A stretch of DNA of 64,000 bases from Thermoanaerobaculia bacterium (GTDB lineage Bacteria; Acidobacteriota; Thermoanaerobaculia; UBA5066): assembly GCA_963719225.1 (NCBI GenBank), contig CAVRAY010000001.1, positions 2,528,001 through 2,592,000 of the forward strand. Reading direction: 5' to 3'. The notes below the pieces were generated by a model that had not been told where the DNA came from, did no database searches, and saw nothing but the letters and a program-made list of their open reading frames with translations. Every line of letters begins with the position of its first letter. Positions within the stretch are counted from its first letter, which is position 1. Of this stretch, positions 27,924-40,572 are shown piece by piece. The translations under genes were made by a program, and so were the position numbers.

Positions 27924-29825
27924 ATGTCGAGCGTTCTCACCGAGACCACGTCCCGCGGCGGCGCGTCCGAAGAGGTCGTGGCCAACGACTTCTCGCTCCA
28001 GGTCGCCACGGCCAACGGGTCGGGCTCGCAGACGGCGAACACCGTCCTGATGCGGTCCATCTTCCGCATGGGCGTCCCCGTCTCCGGGAAGAACCTCTTC
28101 CCCTCGAACATCCAGGGACTCCCCACCTGGTTCACGATCCGGGCGAACAAGGACGGCTACATCGCGCGCAAGCGCGATCTCGACGTGCTCGTCTGCATGA
28201 ACCCCGAGACGGCGGAAGAGGACGTGCGCGACGTGCGTTCGGGCGCCTACGTCGTCTACGAGAAGAAGCTCGGGCTCGAGAACCCCGGAAAGAGGCGCGA
28301 CGACGTCACGTACTACGCGGTCCCGTTCTCGGAGCTCGTCGTCAAGATCACCTCCGCGCCCGAGCACGCGAAGCTCCGCAAGCTCATCGTGAACATGATC
28401 TACGTGGGCGTCGTGGCCGATCTCATGGGGATCGACCCCGCGGAGATCGACAAGGCCATCGCGAAGCAGCTCAAGGGCAAGCCGAAGGCCGTGGACCTCA
28501 ACGTGAACGCCGTCAAGGTGGGGCTCGAGTACGCCGCGCAAAGCTTCCCGGCCAAGATCCCGTTCCGCGTCGAGCGCATGAACGCGACGGAAGGCAAAGT
28601 CATCGTCGAGGGCAACACGGCTTCCGCGCTCGGCTGCGTCTTCGGTGGCGCCACCGTTTGCGCGTGGTACCCCATCACGCCGTCGTCGTCCCTCTGCGAG
28701 TCCTTCATCGACTTCGCGGACCACCTGCGCGTCGATCCCGTCACGAAGAAGAAGAACGTGGCCGTCATCCAGGCCGAGGACGAGATCGCCTCGATCGGGA
28801 TGGTGCTCGGCGCCGGCTGGGCGGGCGCGCGGTCGTTCACGTCCACGTCCGGTCCTGGCATCTCGCTCATGTCGGAGTACATCGGGCTCGGCTACTACGC
28901 CGAGATCCCCGCGGTCATCTTCGACATTCAGCGCACCGGCCCTTCCACCGGCCTCCCGACGCGCACGATGCAGGGGGACATTCTCCTCTGCTACTTCAGC
29001 TCGCACGGCGACTCGAAGCACCCGCTGCTCTTCCCCGCGTCGCCCGAAGAGTGCTTCACGATGGCCCAGCAGGCTTTCGACCTCGCCGAGCAGCTCCAGA
29101 CGCCCGTGTTCGTCATGTCGGACCTCGACCTCGGAATGAACAACTGGATGGCGGACCCGTTCCCGTATCCGACGGAGCCCTTCCGCCGCGGCAAGGTGCT
29201 CGACGCTGCCGGCATCGAGAAGGTGAAGGAGTCCTGGGGACGGTACAAGGACGTGGACGGCGACGGCATCCCCTACCGGACCCTCCCCGGCACCCCGAGC
29301 GCGTACGCCGCGTACTTCACGCGAGGCTCCGGACACGACGAAAGGGCTCAGTACTCGGAGAAGCCGCAGGACTACGTCAACAACGTGAACCGCCTCCTGA
29401 AGAAGTTCGAGACGGCGCGCACGATGGTGCCGAAGCCCGAGTTTCAGGAGCGCCCGGGCGCGCGCGCGGGTCTCCTCGCCTACGGCACGTCGCACTACGG
29501 CACGACCGAGGCGCGCGACAAGCTCGCGTCGGACTTCGGCATCCCGCTCGACTACTGCCGCCTCCGGTCCCTGCCGCTCGCGGCCGAGACGGTGAACTGG
29601 CTCAGGCTCCACGACCGGATCTACGTCGTGGAGCAGAACCGCGACGGGCAGCTCGTCACGATCCTCCGGGACGAGCTCCCCGAGCTCGCGACGCGTTTCG
29701 TCTCCATCCGGCAATACAACGGGCTTCCCCTCGACGCGACGACGGTGGTCGACGGAGTCCTGAACGACGCTCCCGCGTCCCGGTCCGGGCGCTCGGACGC
29801 GAACAAGGGAGGGCTCGACGCATGA
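27924..29825 (+). CDS. korA: 2-oxoacid:ferredoxin oxidoreductase, fused gamma-alpha subunit
   Basis: ANGSGS, FPSNIQG, WYPITPSS, QAEDE, TSGPGISL, QRTGPSTGLPT. Substrate not determinable. Confidence 0.9.
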   Translation: MSSVLTETTSRGGASEEVVANDFSLQVATANGSGSQTANTVLMRSIFRMGVPVSGKNLFPSNIQGLPTWFTIRANKDGYIARKRDLDVLVCMNPETAEEDVRDVRSGAYVVYEKKLGLENPGKRRDDVTYYAVPFSELVVKITSAPEHAKLRKLIVNMIYVGVVADLMGIDPAEIDKAIAKQLKGKPKAVDLNVNAVKVGLEYAAQSFPAKIPFRVERMNATEGKVIVEGNTASALGCVFGGATVCAWYPITPSSSLCESFIDFADHLRVDPVTKKKNVAVIQAEDEIASIGMVLGAGWAGARSFTSTSGPGISLMSEYIGLGYYAEIPAVIFDIQRTGPSTGLPTRTMQGDILLCYFSSHGDSKHPLLFPASPEECFTMAQQAFDLAEQLQTPVFVMSDLDLGMNNWMADPFPYPTEPFRRGKVLDAAGIEKVKESWGRYKDVDGDGIPYRTLPGTPSAYAAYFTRGSGHDERAQYSEKPQDYVNNVNRLLKKFETARTMVPKPEFQERPGARAGLLAYGTSHYGTTEARDKLASDFGIPLDYCRLRSLPLAAETVNWLRLHDRIYVVEQNRDGQLVTILRDELPELATRFVSIRQYNGLPLDATTVVDGVLNDAPASRSGRSDANKGGLDA

Positions 29826-30877
29826 GCGCCACACCGAACGCCCCGGCCGCCTCGCCGGCCCCGAAGACGAACCGCCTCGGCCTTCCGAAGGCCGACTACG
29901 AGGGCGCGAAGTCGACGCTCTGCCTCGGCTGCGGCCACGACGTCATCACGAAGCAGATCATCAACGCGTTCTACGCGATGGGGGTCGAGCCGCACAAGGT
30001 CGCGAAGTTCTCGGGAATCGGGTGCTCCTCGAAGACGCCGGCCTACTTCCTGAATCGCGCGTGGGGCTTCAACGGCGTGCACGGCCGCATGCCTTCCGCC
30101 GCCACGGGCGCGCTCGTCGCGGATCCGACGCTCCACGGCATCGGCATCTCGGGTGACGGCGACACGGCCTCGATCGGGATCGGCCAGTTCGTCCACCTCG
30201 TGAGGCGCAACCTGCCGCTCGTCTACATCATCGAGGACAACGGCGTCTACGGCCTGACGAAGGGCCAGTTCTCCGCGACGGCGGACCTCGGCGCGAAGCA
30301 GAAGGGCGGCGCGATCAACGACTTCATCCCGATCGACTGCTGCTCGCTCGCGATCGAGCTGGGCGGCACGTTCGTGGCGCGCTCGTTCTCGGGCGACATG
30401 AAGCAGCTCCAGACGATCCTCGAGGCCGCGATCGCCCACAAGGGCACCTCGGTCATCGACGTCATCTCGCCGTGCGTGACCTTCAACGACCACGAGGGTT
30501 CCACCAAGAGCTACAAGTACTCCAAGGAGCACGAGACGCCCGTCCACGAGATCGGCTTCGTGCCGTTCTTCGAGGAGACGCTCGCGGAAATTCCGGCCGG
30601 CGACACGAAGGACGTGGCGTTCCCCGACGGCAGCCGGCTCAGGTTCCGGGGGGTCGGCCGCGACTACGACCCCACCGACAAGGAACAGGCGCTCAAGGCG
30701 ATCCACGAGAGCCACGCCAAAGAGGAGATCCTGACCGGGATCCTCTACGTCGACCCGTCCAAGAAAGACCTCGCGGCGCTCCTCGGATCCACGGGCGAGC
30801 CCCTCACGAACCTGCCGCTCGACGCGCTCCGGCCGTCCCGCCAGGCGCTGGACGAGATCATGGAGTCGCTCCGTTAG
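29822..30877 (+). CDS. korB: 2-oxoacid:ferredoxin oxidoreductase beta subunit
   Basis: CLGCGHD, SGIGCSS, HGR, GDGD...NGVYGLTKGQ TPP motif. ATGA overlap. Confidence 0.92.
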   Translation: MSATPNAPAASPAPKTNRLGLPKADYEGAKSTLCLGCGHDVITKQIINAFYAMGVEPHKVAKFSGIGCSSKTPAYFLNRAWGFNGVHGRMPSAATGALVADPTLHGIGISGDGDTASIGIGQFVHLVRRNLPLVYIIEDNGVYGLTKGQFSATADLGAKQKGGAINDFIPIDCCSLAIELGGTFVARSFSGDMKQLQTILEAAIAHKGTSVIDVISPCVTFNDHEGSTKSYKYSKEHETPVHEIGFVPFFEETLAEIPAGDTKDVAFPDGSRLRFRGVGRDYDPTDKEQALKAIHESHAKEEILTGILYVDPSKKDLAALLGSTGEPLTNLPLDALRPSRQALDEIMESLR

Positions 30878-30897
30878 GAAGCCCCGGGATCGACACT

Positions 30898-32985
30898 CTA
30901 TTTCTTTTCTCCCTTCTCGTTCTTCTTGTCGTCCTTGTCCTTCTTCTCCTTCTCGGGTCCTTGACCCTTGAGAGGATCGGGCCCCGAGGGCGCCACGCGG
31001 CGCGGAGCCCGGCTGAGTTCCCGGCCTTCGGGCTGGGGTGCCCGCTCGGGCTGAGGCGCCGGACGCTGCTCGACCTGAGGCGGGCGGGCCTGTTCGACGG
31101 CTCGCGGTGCCGGGCGAACCTGCTCGACCTGAGGCGGGCGGGCCTGTTCGGCCCTTCTTGGCGCGGCCTCCGCTGCGGGGGTCGGGCGGGCCGGAGGGGA
31201 AATCACGACCGGCCGGCCGGGCTCGTTCTCCAGCCTGCGTCCGGGAGGAACCTGTTGGGCGGCCGGCGTCGGCTGCGGGGGCGGCGTCGGCCTCGAGATC
31301 GCCGTCGTCACGGCGCCCGGCGCCACGCGCATCGGGGGCACGTTCTCGCGAGAGCCGGACGGGTGCGAAATGAGGGGTGTCTGCGGGGATGCGAGCGTTC
31401 GGCCGGTGGACCGAATGGGATCGGGCGGCGGCGCGCCGACCGCTTCCCGCCGCGGCGAGAGCTCCACGTGCCCGCTCTCGCGGGAGACCGGACGAATCGG
31501 GACCGCCGCGCGCGCGCCCTGTGGCGACTGCGTGGCAAGCGTGGCCGAAGCGGAGGGAGTCATGGGGGCGCCGCGGTTCGCGCGAATCGCATTGAGCTTC
31601 TCGGTAAAAACGGCAGGCGCCGGGGGCGGCGCGAGGCGCACGGCGACAGGCCGCTCCGCCACGCGTTGCTGCGGCCTGGCACCGGCACGGTCCGCCATCG
31701 GCCGGATCGACTGGACCGTCGGAAGAACCGGGAGCGGCCCGGCCAGCACCGGCTGCTGTGCGATCTGTCGAACCACTCTGGCGTCACGCACGATGGCCGC
31801 ACGCGCGGGTTGCGCGCCCACGAAGGCCTCGCGGCTCACCACCGTGATGTACGGCCGGTTCGCGTAGGTCACGTTCCGGGCCACCGGGATCGGCGCCTGC
31901 ACTCGCGCCCGCGCTCCCCACCACGGGACGAGGGGATCGCGAGGTCCGAGCGGGAACCAGCCGACGAAGCCTCCGCCGCCGACGGTGAGCGACGCCGACC
32001 ACCCAGGGCCGCCTCCGACGAACGCGACGAGCGCCGGGGCGTAGGCGACGTGTCTCACGTTGTGGGCGACCGGAATCCAGCACCAGCGCGACGCTCGGCG
32101 GGCCCATCGTCCGTAGTGGTAAGGAGCCCAGCCCCAGGGCTCCGTCGACACCCACGTCCACCCCCACGGGTCCTGCCACATCCAGCGTCCGTCCCGATAA
32201 GGCGCCCAGTCCGACGCGACCTTTGCCGGAAACCAGACGTGACCGTATTCCGGCGTCTCCTCCCAGCTTCCGTAGGAATCGAGGTCGGAGACTCCCAGGA
32301 CGTCTTCGCTCGCGTAGTCGTACGAAACGACGCTGTGACGCCGGCGTTCCCGCGAGTCCACCCACCGATCCCAGGAATCGGCCAGCGGAAGCGCATAGAC
32401 GTCGTATTGAGGCGCGTCGATGCCGTCGATGTGCATCGCGTCGCCCGTACGCAACGCGACCTCCCCGCCGCCCGAGGAAACGCGCGCCTCTCCGCGCCTC
32501 ACGGAAACGCGGGTGTCTCCGTCCGCATCGACGTAGATGCGGTAGAGACCCGTGGCTTCCAGCGTGACGGCCGCGTTCGGCGTATCGATCTCGAAGACGT
32601 CCTCGTCGTCCATGTGGGAGATCCGGAACGTGGCCGTGCCCTGGGCGATCGAGTACTGCTGGACGTCTTCCGTGAGGTTGAGGATCGTCAGCTCGGTGTC
32701 CGGAGCGACGAACGCCCGCAGTCCGGGCGCCTCCAGCTCCACCCGGCCAGCCGGCGCGGAATAGACGCGGTCTCCGATCGTGAGCGGCACGTTGGCGGCG
32801 AGGCCCTGCCAGTGGTCCGGGTCGTCACCTCGTTGAAACGTCGCGTCGCCCGTGACGGACGAAACGCGTGCAACCGTCTGTTGAAAGTCCTGCTGGTCGG
32901 CGGCGTCCTGCGCGCGAAGCCCGGGCGCCGCTGCGACCGCGAGAAGGGCGGAAATGAAGAGATTGAGGCGCGGGATGATGCGCAT
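30898..32985 (-). CDS. Secreted FecR-like/DUF6600 protein with Pro-rich tail
   Basis: Signal peptide, VARVSSVTGD, DLDSYGSW...WAPYRDGRW..WGWTWVS.EPWGWAPYHYGRW. Confidence 0.88.
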   Translation of the reverse strand: MRIIPRLNLFISALLAVAAAPGLRAQDAADQQDFQQTVARVSSVTGDATFQRGDDPDHWQGLAANVPLTIGDRVYSAPAGRVELEAPGLRAFVAPDTELTILNLTEDVQQYSIAQGTATFRISHMDDEDVFEIDTPNAAVTLEATGLYRIYVDADGDTRVSVRRGEARVSSGGGEVALRTGDAMHIDGIDAPQYDVYALPLADSWDRWVDSRERRRHSVVSYDYASEDVLGVSDLDSYGSWEETPEYGHVWFPAKVASDWAPYRDGRWMWQDPWGWTWVSTEPWGWAPYHYGRWARRASRWCWIPVAHNVRHVAYAPALVAFVGGGPGWSASLTVGGGGFVGWFPLGPRDPLVPWWGARARVQAPIPVARNVTYANRPYITVVSREAFVGAQPARAAIVRDARVVRQIAQQPVLAGPLPVLPTVQSIRPMADRAGARPQQRVAERPVAVRLAPPPAPAVFTEKLNAIRANRGAPMTPSASATLATQSPQGARAAVPIRPVSRESGHVELSPRREAVGAPPPDPIRSTGRTLASPQTPLISHPSGSRENVPPMRVAPGAVTTAISRPTPPPQPTPAAQQVPPGRRLENEPGRPVVISPPARPTPAAEAAPRRAEQARPPQVEQVRPAPRAVEQARPPQVEQRPAPQPERAPQPEGRELSRAPRRVAPSGPDPLKGQGPEKEKKDKDDKKNEKGEKK
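31066..31150. repeat. Two 31-bp direct repeats (54-bp period) encoding EQARPPQVEQ
   Basis: ctgctcgacctgaggcgggcgggcctgttcg at 31066 and 31120. Confidence 0.85.
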
Positions 32986-33062
32986 GACGCTCCTTTATGC
33001 GTCCGGCCACAGCCGGACCAATCGCCTCGCTGCAAGAAGCGGGCCGATAGGGTCACATCGAG

Positions 33063-33338
33063 CTAGCGAACTCGCAGGCAGGACTCGTGGCCGCGAAGCG
33101 CGGCGACGCGGTCGACGTAGTCGAGCCAGAGCGCGCGGGGAACCCTTTCCTTCGAGGGCACGAGGTGAAGCCGTCCCCACAGGGCGAGATCCTGCCCGCC
33201 GCTGTCCAGGAACTCGCGGCATTCCCTCATCTCGCCCGTGCCTGCCGCTGGAGCTCGAGGCCGGCCGCGAGAAAGGCGCGTTTCTCGTTGTCCCGCGCGC
33301 TCGCGCATGCCTGAACGAGCAGAGCGGCGATCAGGAGT
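33063..33338 (-). pseudogene. Possible frameshifted remnant of a small lipoprotein gene
   Basis: Frame A LLIAALLVQACASARDNEK..ELQRQ joins frame B GTGEMRECREFLD..CLRVR* if one G is added near 33241. Both frames have high GC3. No clear start. Confidence 0.35.
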
Positions 33339-33662
33339 TCAGGGATTCCCCGCGAGGACACGGAGAACCTCCCAGCGCTGGGAGCCCGGAACGATGAAGG
33401 GCGCGAGCGCCTCGGCATGGTCCCGGAACTGCGGAGCGCCCATCCCCTGGAGGGCCGCCTCGAAGTCGGCCACGGTTTCGAACACGTATTCGTCCACGAC
33501 GTGCGACGGGGACGAGCCGATGTGGCCGACGAGGAGGCGCGACGATTTCGCCCGGCGGAACTCCGATGAGGCGAACTTCTCCTTCCCCCAGGCCGTCATG
33601 ACGCGAACGGCCTCGGCCTGCTTTCCGAACGGGACGTCGAGATGCCACCGACAGACGAACAT
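33339..33662 (-). CDS. Small hypothetical protein (dimeric alpha-beta barrel/NIPSNAP-like)
   Basis: GAGGAG SD, MFVCRWHLDVPFGKQAEAV...IVPGSQRWEVLR. Confidence 0.75.
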   Translation of the reverse strand: MFVCRWHLDVPFGKQAEAVRVMTAWGKEKFASSEFRRAKSSRLLVGHIGSSPSHVVDEYVFETVADFEAALQGMGAPQFRDHAEALAPFIVPGSQRWEVLRVLAGNP

Positions 33663-33679
33663 GAGAGTGTCTCCTCGCG

Positions 33680-35623
<1,944 letters not shown>

Positions 35624-35708
35624 GGCGAGCCTCTCGATCCGGGGCCGGCGATCCCCATTTGGAAGTCTATACCGCAGGGGCGGGCGGTTCGGCCGTCCGA
35701 AAAGGACG

Positions 35709-37742
35709 TCAGGGCGTCGTCACGAGCGGCAGCTCGATGAAGCTCGCCTGACCCGGGGTGTGGTAGATGCGCTGCGTCGCCTTCCTGTAGTCGCCGGGCT
35801 TCGCCCAGAAGATGTTCGACACGAACGATTGCGGGTTGCGGTCGTAGAGCGGGAACCAGCTCGACTGCACCTGCACCATCACGCGGTGGCCCGGCAGAAA
35901 GACGTGGTTCGCGTTCGGCAGCGCGAAGCGATAAAGCAGCGGCTTGTCCGCCTCGATGGGCTTCGGCGTCTCGAAGCTCTCGCGGTACCGGCCGCGAAAG
36001 ATGTCCATCGAGACCGCGAGCTGGTAACCGCCCATCACGGGCTGGCCGGCCACCTCGTCGGGATAGACGTCGATCAGCTTGACCACCCAGTCGGAGTCCG
36101 TTCCGCTCGTCGAGGCGACCAGGTTCGCGACCGGCTCGCCGCTGATCTTGAGCGGCGCGGCCAGGACGTCCGAGACGAACACCGCGACGTCCGGGCGACC
36201 GGAAGCCTCGCGCTGGTCCGTGACGAGCCACTCCCGCCAGCTCTGGCCCTTGTCGAAGCTCGAGGGGACGATGGGACGCGCATGGAAAGGCACGGGCTTC
36301 GCGGGATCGGAGACGTACTCGTCGAAAGGCGCATCGCCCGCTTTCGGCGCCGCCAGGCTCGCCTTCGAGGCCGCCGCCAGATAGAGAGGCGTCGGTTTCA
36401 GCGTGCAGCCCGCCGCGCAGCCGGCCGGCCACGCGGGCAGCCGACGCCACACGTTCGTCCCCGTCTCGAACGCCGTGACGGGAGCGAGGTCCGCCTTCGG
36501 AGCGCCGTCCACGAGGTACTGGTCGAGGAAGGGGCGCAGGATCTCCCGCCGGAAAGTGAGGGCGGTGTCGCTGTTGAACTTGATCGCGCCGAGCGCGCTT
36601 CCTTCCTTGATCTCCTGGCCGTGATGCCAGGGACCCATCACGAGAAACACCTTGTCGTTGCCGGTGTCCTTCGGCTCGATCGCCTTGTAGACGGCGGGGG
36701 CGCCGTAGATGTCCTCCTGGTCCCACAGGCTGTGGACGAGCATCACGGGCACCTTGAGGGGCAGCGCCGCGAGGATCTTGTCGACGGCCTGATCCCGCCA
36801 GAAGGCGTCGTAGGTCGGATGCGCGAGGACCTTCTTCCACATGCCGACCTGCTCGAGACCCCTGCGGCGCCCGAGCTCGCCCGCCGACCCCGCTGCCATG
36901 AACGTGTCGTAGTCGTCGAAGTGGCTCGTCCACCATTTCTTCTCCGACTTGCGCGTCGCCTCTTGATCGTAGAAGTACGACATCCCGAGCTGCCGGAACG
37001 CGCCGTAGTGGAACCAGTCGTCGCCCATCCACCCGTCGACCATCGGATTCATCGGCACGGAGACCTTGAGCGCCGGGTGCGGGTTCACGAGCGCCATCAG
37101 CGGAAGGAATCCGTCGTACGAGATGCCGAGGATGCCGACCTTGCCGTTCGTCTCGGGGACGTTCTTCACGAGCCAGTCGATCGTGTCGTACGTGTCCGTC
37201 GCGTGGTCGACCGGCGTCGGGTTCTGCGGCCCGTGGAGGGGACGGTTCATCACGTAGTCCCCCTCGGAGCCGTGCTTGCCGCGTACGTCCTGCACGACGC
37301 GGATGTAGCCGCCCTCGACGATCGTTTCGACGGGGTTGTCGTAGCCGTCGAGCGTCGGGCCGAGGTGGGAGCTTTCGTTGATCTTCGTGAGCTTGTCGGC
37401 GTCGTACGGTGTCCGCGTGAGGAGGATCGGAGCCTTTTTCGCGCCGAGCGCCGACTTCGGCACGAGGATGACCGTGTGCAGCTTCACGCCGTCGCGCATC
37501 GGGATCTTCACCTCGCGCCTGACGTAATCGAAGCCTTCGTTCGTCGGCACGAAGGTCGCCGGCATTTCGCTCGGCAGCGCCGGGTACATGACCGGGGGCG
37601 GCGTCGGTGCCGGAGCGGCCTTCGCGGCCGGAGGCTGCGCGGTCGAGGGTCCGGCAAGGAACGACGCGCAAATCAGCGGCGCGAACATATATAGCGTGCA
37701 GACGCGGGGCACGAGCTTCACGGGATGGATCTCAAAGTCCAC
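35709..37742 (-). CDS. CocE/NonD family hydrolase (alpha-amino acid ester hydrolase-like)
   Basis: RTPY, QDVRG, GISYDG nucleophile, WDQED, GPWHHG. The start may be ATG 37688. Confidence 0.92.
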   Translation of the reverse strand: MDFEIHPVKLVPRVCTLYMFAPLICASFLAGPSTAQPPAAKAAPAPTPPPVMYPALPSEMPATFVPTNEGFDYVRREVKIPMRDGVKLHTVILVPKSALGAKKAPILLTRTPYDADKLTKINESSHLGPTLDGYDNPVETIVEGGYIRVVQDVRGKHGSEGDYVMNRPLHGPQNPTPVDHATDTYDTIDWLVKNVPETNGKVGILGISYDGFLPLMALVNPHPALKVSVPMNPMVDGWMGDDWFHYGAFRQLGMSYFYDQEATRKSEKKWWTSHFDDYDTFMAAGSAGELGRRRGLEQVGMWKKVLAHPTYDAFWRDQAVDKILAALPLKVPVMLVHSLWDQEDIYGAPAVYKAIEPKDTGNDKVFLVMGPWHHGQEIKEGSALGAIKFNSDTALTFRREILRPFLDQYLVDGAPKADLAPVTAFETGTNVWRRLPAWPAGCAAGCTLKPTPLYLAAASKASLAAPKAGDAPFDEYVSDPAKPVPFHARPIVPSSFDKGQSWREWLVTDQREASGRPDVAVFVSDVLAAPLKISGEPVANLVASTSGTDSDWVVKLIDVYPDEVAGQPVMGGYQLAVSMDIFRGRYRESFETPKPIEADKPLLYRFALPNANHVFLPGHRVMVQVQSSWFPLYDRNPQSFVSNIFWAKPGDYRKATQRIYHTPGQASFIELPLVTTP

Positions 37743-37804
37743 GTGTTACCTCCGATGGAAACGGAGGATATGACAAGCGTTCTCGCTGGCTGGAGCGAGG
37801 CTCG

Positions 37805-40467
37805 CTAGAAAAAGCTCGCGATCAGGTTCGAGACGAAGCCACAAGGCTTCACGGAGAAGAAGACCGTCTGCGTCTGCCGCTTGTTACCCACGCGAATCGT
37901 CACCGTGATCTTGTAGTCATCGGGCGGGAGGCCTGCCGGATTCGACGCGCCCCCCCACTCGCGGTGGTATTGGAACGTCAGCTCGGGGACCGGCCCCACG
38001 ACCGTGGCGAGCGGCACATTCTGGGTGACCTCGTTTCCGCCATTGCGCGACGGATCGGCGAGCTGCAGATGCAGCTTTTCAACCTCGCTCACCGGGACCC
38101 CGTTCAAGGTCACGAGGACACGCGCCCCCGTGCTGACTCCCTCGCCGTAAAGCGGGATCGACACCGTGCCCGTTGCCGAGGTGCTCGGATCGGTGACGTA
38201 CGTGACGGCGACCTGCGCCTGGTGGACGCGGCGGACGGTGGTCGGGCGAAACTGCACGGCGAGGCCGCTCCCGAGATCCTGGCCCGGAGTCAAAGTGACC
38301 GGGAAACCGCCCGGAGGAAGACCGGTCAGCGTGAACTCGCTCGCGTCCGCGCCGGTGATCGTGAGCGCGTTGATCGTCAGGTTGCACAATCCGGTGTCCT
38401 GAATCGCCAGCGGCAATTGACTGAAGCACGACGCCCCCGCGCTCTGGATGACGGTCGGCGGGAACGCGAGGTACGCGGGCGCGCTGATTCCGGGCGCTTC
38501 GACGGTGCCGCTCGCGGCGACGTCGACGGTCGGCGTCAGCGGGTCGTCGCTCGAGATCCGGAACGTCGCCGTCCGGGATCCGGTCGGGAGCGAGGGGGCG
38601 AATCGGATCGTGTAGTCCGCGTGGCCGCCCGGCGCGATCGTCGTCGGCAATGCAGGTCCTCCTGCGAGGGAGAACTCCGCGCTTCCCGAGATCCGCAGGA
38701 TGCTCGCGATTTGCAGGTCGGCGGTTCCGGTGTTGGAGACCGTCAGAGTCTGATCCTTCGTCTCGCCGACGCAGACCGTGCCGAACTGGAAAGACGTCTT
38801 GTTCACCCCGATGATCGGCCGCGGCGTCGTGGGAATGCGCGCGGCCCGCATCTTCCACGTCGTCGCAGTCGCCGGCAGCTCGCCATGGATCCAGATCTCC
38901 CGGTTGCCGCTGGCGACGTCGGGCGCCGCGTCCAGATAATCGCCCAGGCCTCCTCGGCCTGCGGCTGCGGGCCGGGGTCCTGCATCGCGTTGAAATTGGT
39001 CGTGCCCGCCGCCACCAGCACCGGCGCCTCGAAATCGCCGAGTGCCGCGACGTATCGCGCGTAGTACATGGACGCGTAGTGGGTCGCGTCGGATCCGGCA
39101 AACACGACGGCCGCGTTTCCAGAAAGGTCCGGCACGACGGCCGGCAGGTAGTACCAGATGGAGGCGTCCGAGATCGCATGGCTCTCGAGGAGAGTCCCCG
39201 CGGCGGCGTCGATCCTGTAGACGACGACGCCGGATCGGTCGTTCGCAATTCCCGTCGCTGAGGGTGACTGGCACGACCAGATCACGCCGTCGCGGATCAC
39301 CGTCTTGTGTAGCGGGGTGCCTGACTCCTGCCCAAGATCCGGCGGACCTCCCGGCTGCGGCGCCAGTCCCGCGGGAGCCCACGCCGGGACGGGGATCGAG
39401 ACGCTTCCGAACGACGGCGATCCGAGAGGATCCGTCAACGTGTACAGCGCGACCGCGTTGTTTCCCTGCGCGCAGAGAAAGTACGCCGGCGAGGTCGCCG
39501 TCACGGGCTCGGCAGACTCGACGGGCTTGATGATCTCGGCAAGACCCCCGCCGGGCAGCATGAGATCGTCCACGACGAGGGGGGCGAGCGCCTGGCCCGC
39601 CAGCGCCTTCGCCTTGTCGAGGATCAGGATCCGGTTCCCGCTGAACTGCGTGCCGTTGGCGAAGTCCCGCATCCTCGCGGTGACGTAGATCGCCTTGCCG
39701 TCGTAGCCGAGGCTGTCGAAGTCCATCTGCTCGGTGCCGCGAAGGACGTGGAACGTGTACTTGTTCCAGGCGCCCCGCGGATCCGAGGTCGCGGAGACGG
39801 CCACGTCGCAATAGGAATCGCCGGCGGTGGGAGGCTCGTTCGTGCCGGGGTAGTCGAACCCCAGCCAGGACATGATGAATCGGCCGCTCGCCTGGTCGTA
39901 GCTCAGCCGAGGATCGCCGACCGAGAAGGTGGGATCGCCGGGGAAGAACGAGTTGGCACCGGTCGCGACGACGTTTCCTCCGTCGAGATCCTGCACCTGA
40001 AAGGCGAAATTGACCGCGGTCACGAGATCGGATGGACCCGCGGCGATCGCGCTGTCGGGACGATTCAGGCCCGTGGACGGGTTCGTATCGAATTGCAGGT
40101 CGGGAAGAGGCGACGGTGTCGCGAGGAAGAGCGGGGCTCTACCCTGCGACGAACGCGTCGCCGGTGAAGTCGTTCTCCTCGCGGAAGGCATAGGCTCGTC
40201 GATTTCGGGGCATCGCTGGCTCGTCATGGTTGGCGGCCGCCGCGAAGGCGCCTCGCGATCGCGGCGCACGGCAGCCGCCAGGTCTTCGACGACCGGGGCG
40301 ACCACGACCGGGTAACGGGTCACGGAACGGTACGTTGGACGACTCGCGCCGGCCGGTGGCGCGAGCTCGGCCCGTTGTGCCGCCGCCGCCATCGTTGCGG
40401 AGACCAGCAAGAGAGCTGCTGCGTCGGAATACCGCCTGGTGTGAAACAGAAAATCAGTTCGTCTCAT
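37805..40467 (-). pseudogene. Secreted propeller-like protein with two ASH/choice-of-anchor-D Ig domains, split by a 1-nt frameshift near 38945
   Basis: GCC TGG GC GAT TAT CTG: adding one G restores W-G-D-Y and joins ORF 38803..40500 to ORF 37805..39811 (FGTVCVG..LTVSNTGTADL). Confidence 0.8.
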
Positions 40468-40572
40468 GTTCGAGCCTCCCGACTGCCCCGGGGTAATCAC
40501 GGCGACGTCCCTTCTCTGAGATCTTTTCCGTCGCTTTACGCGGACTCATTCTCACGCTCCGGCTCCGATTCT

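Noticed and set aside
31066-31150. 31-bp direct repeats as a mini CRISPR
   Set aside because: Two copies only, in-frame peptide duplication in a Pro-rich tail, no cas genes.
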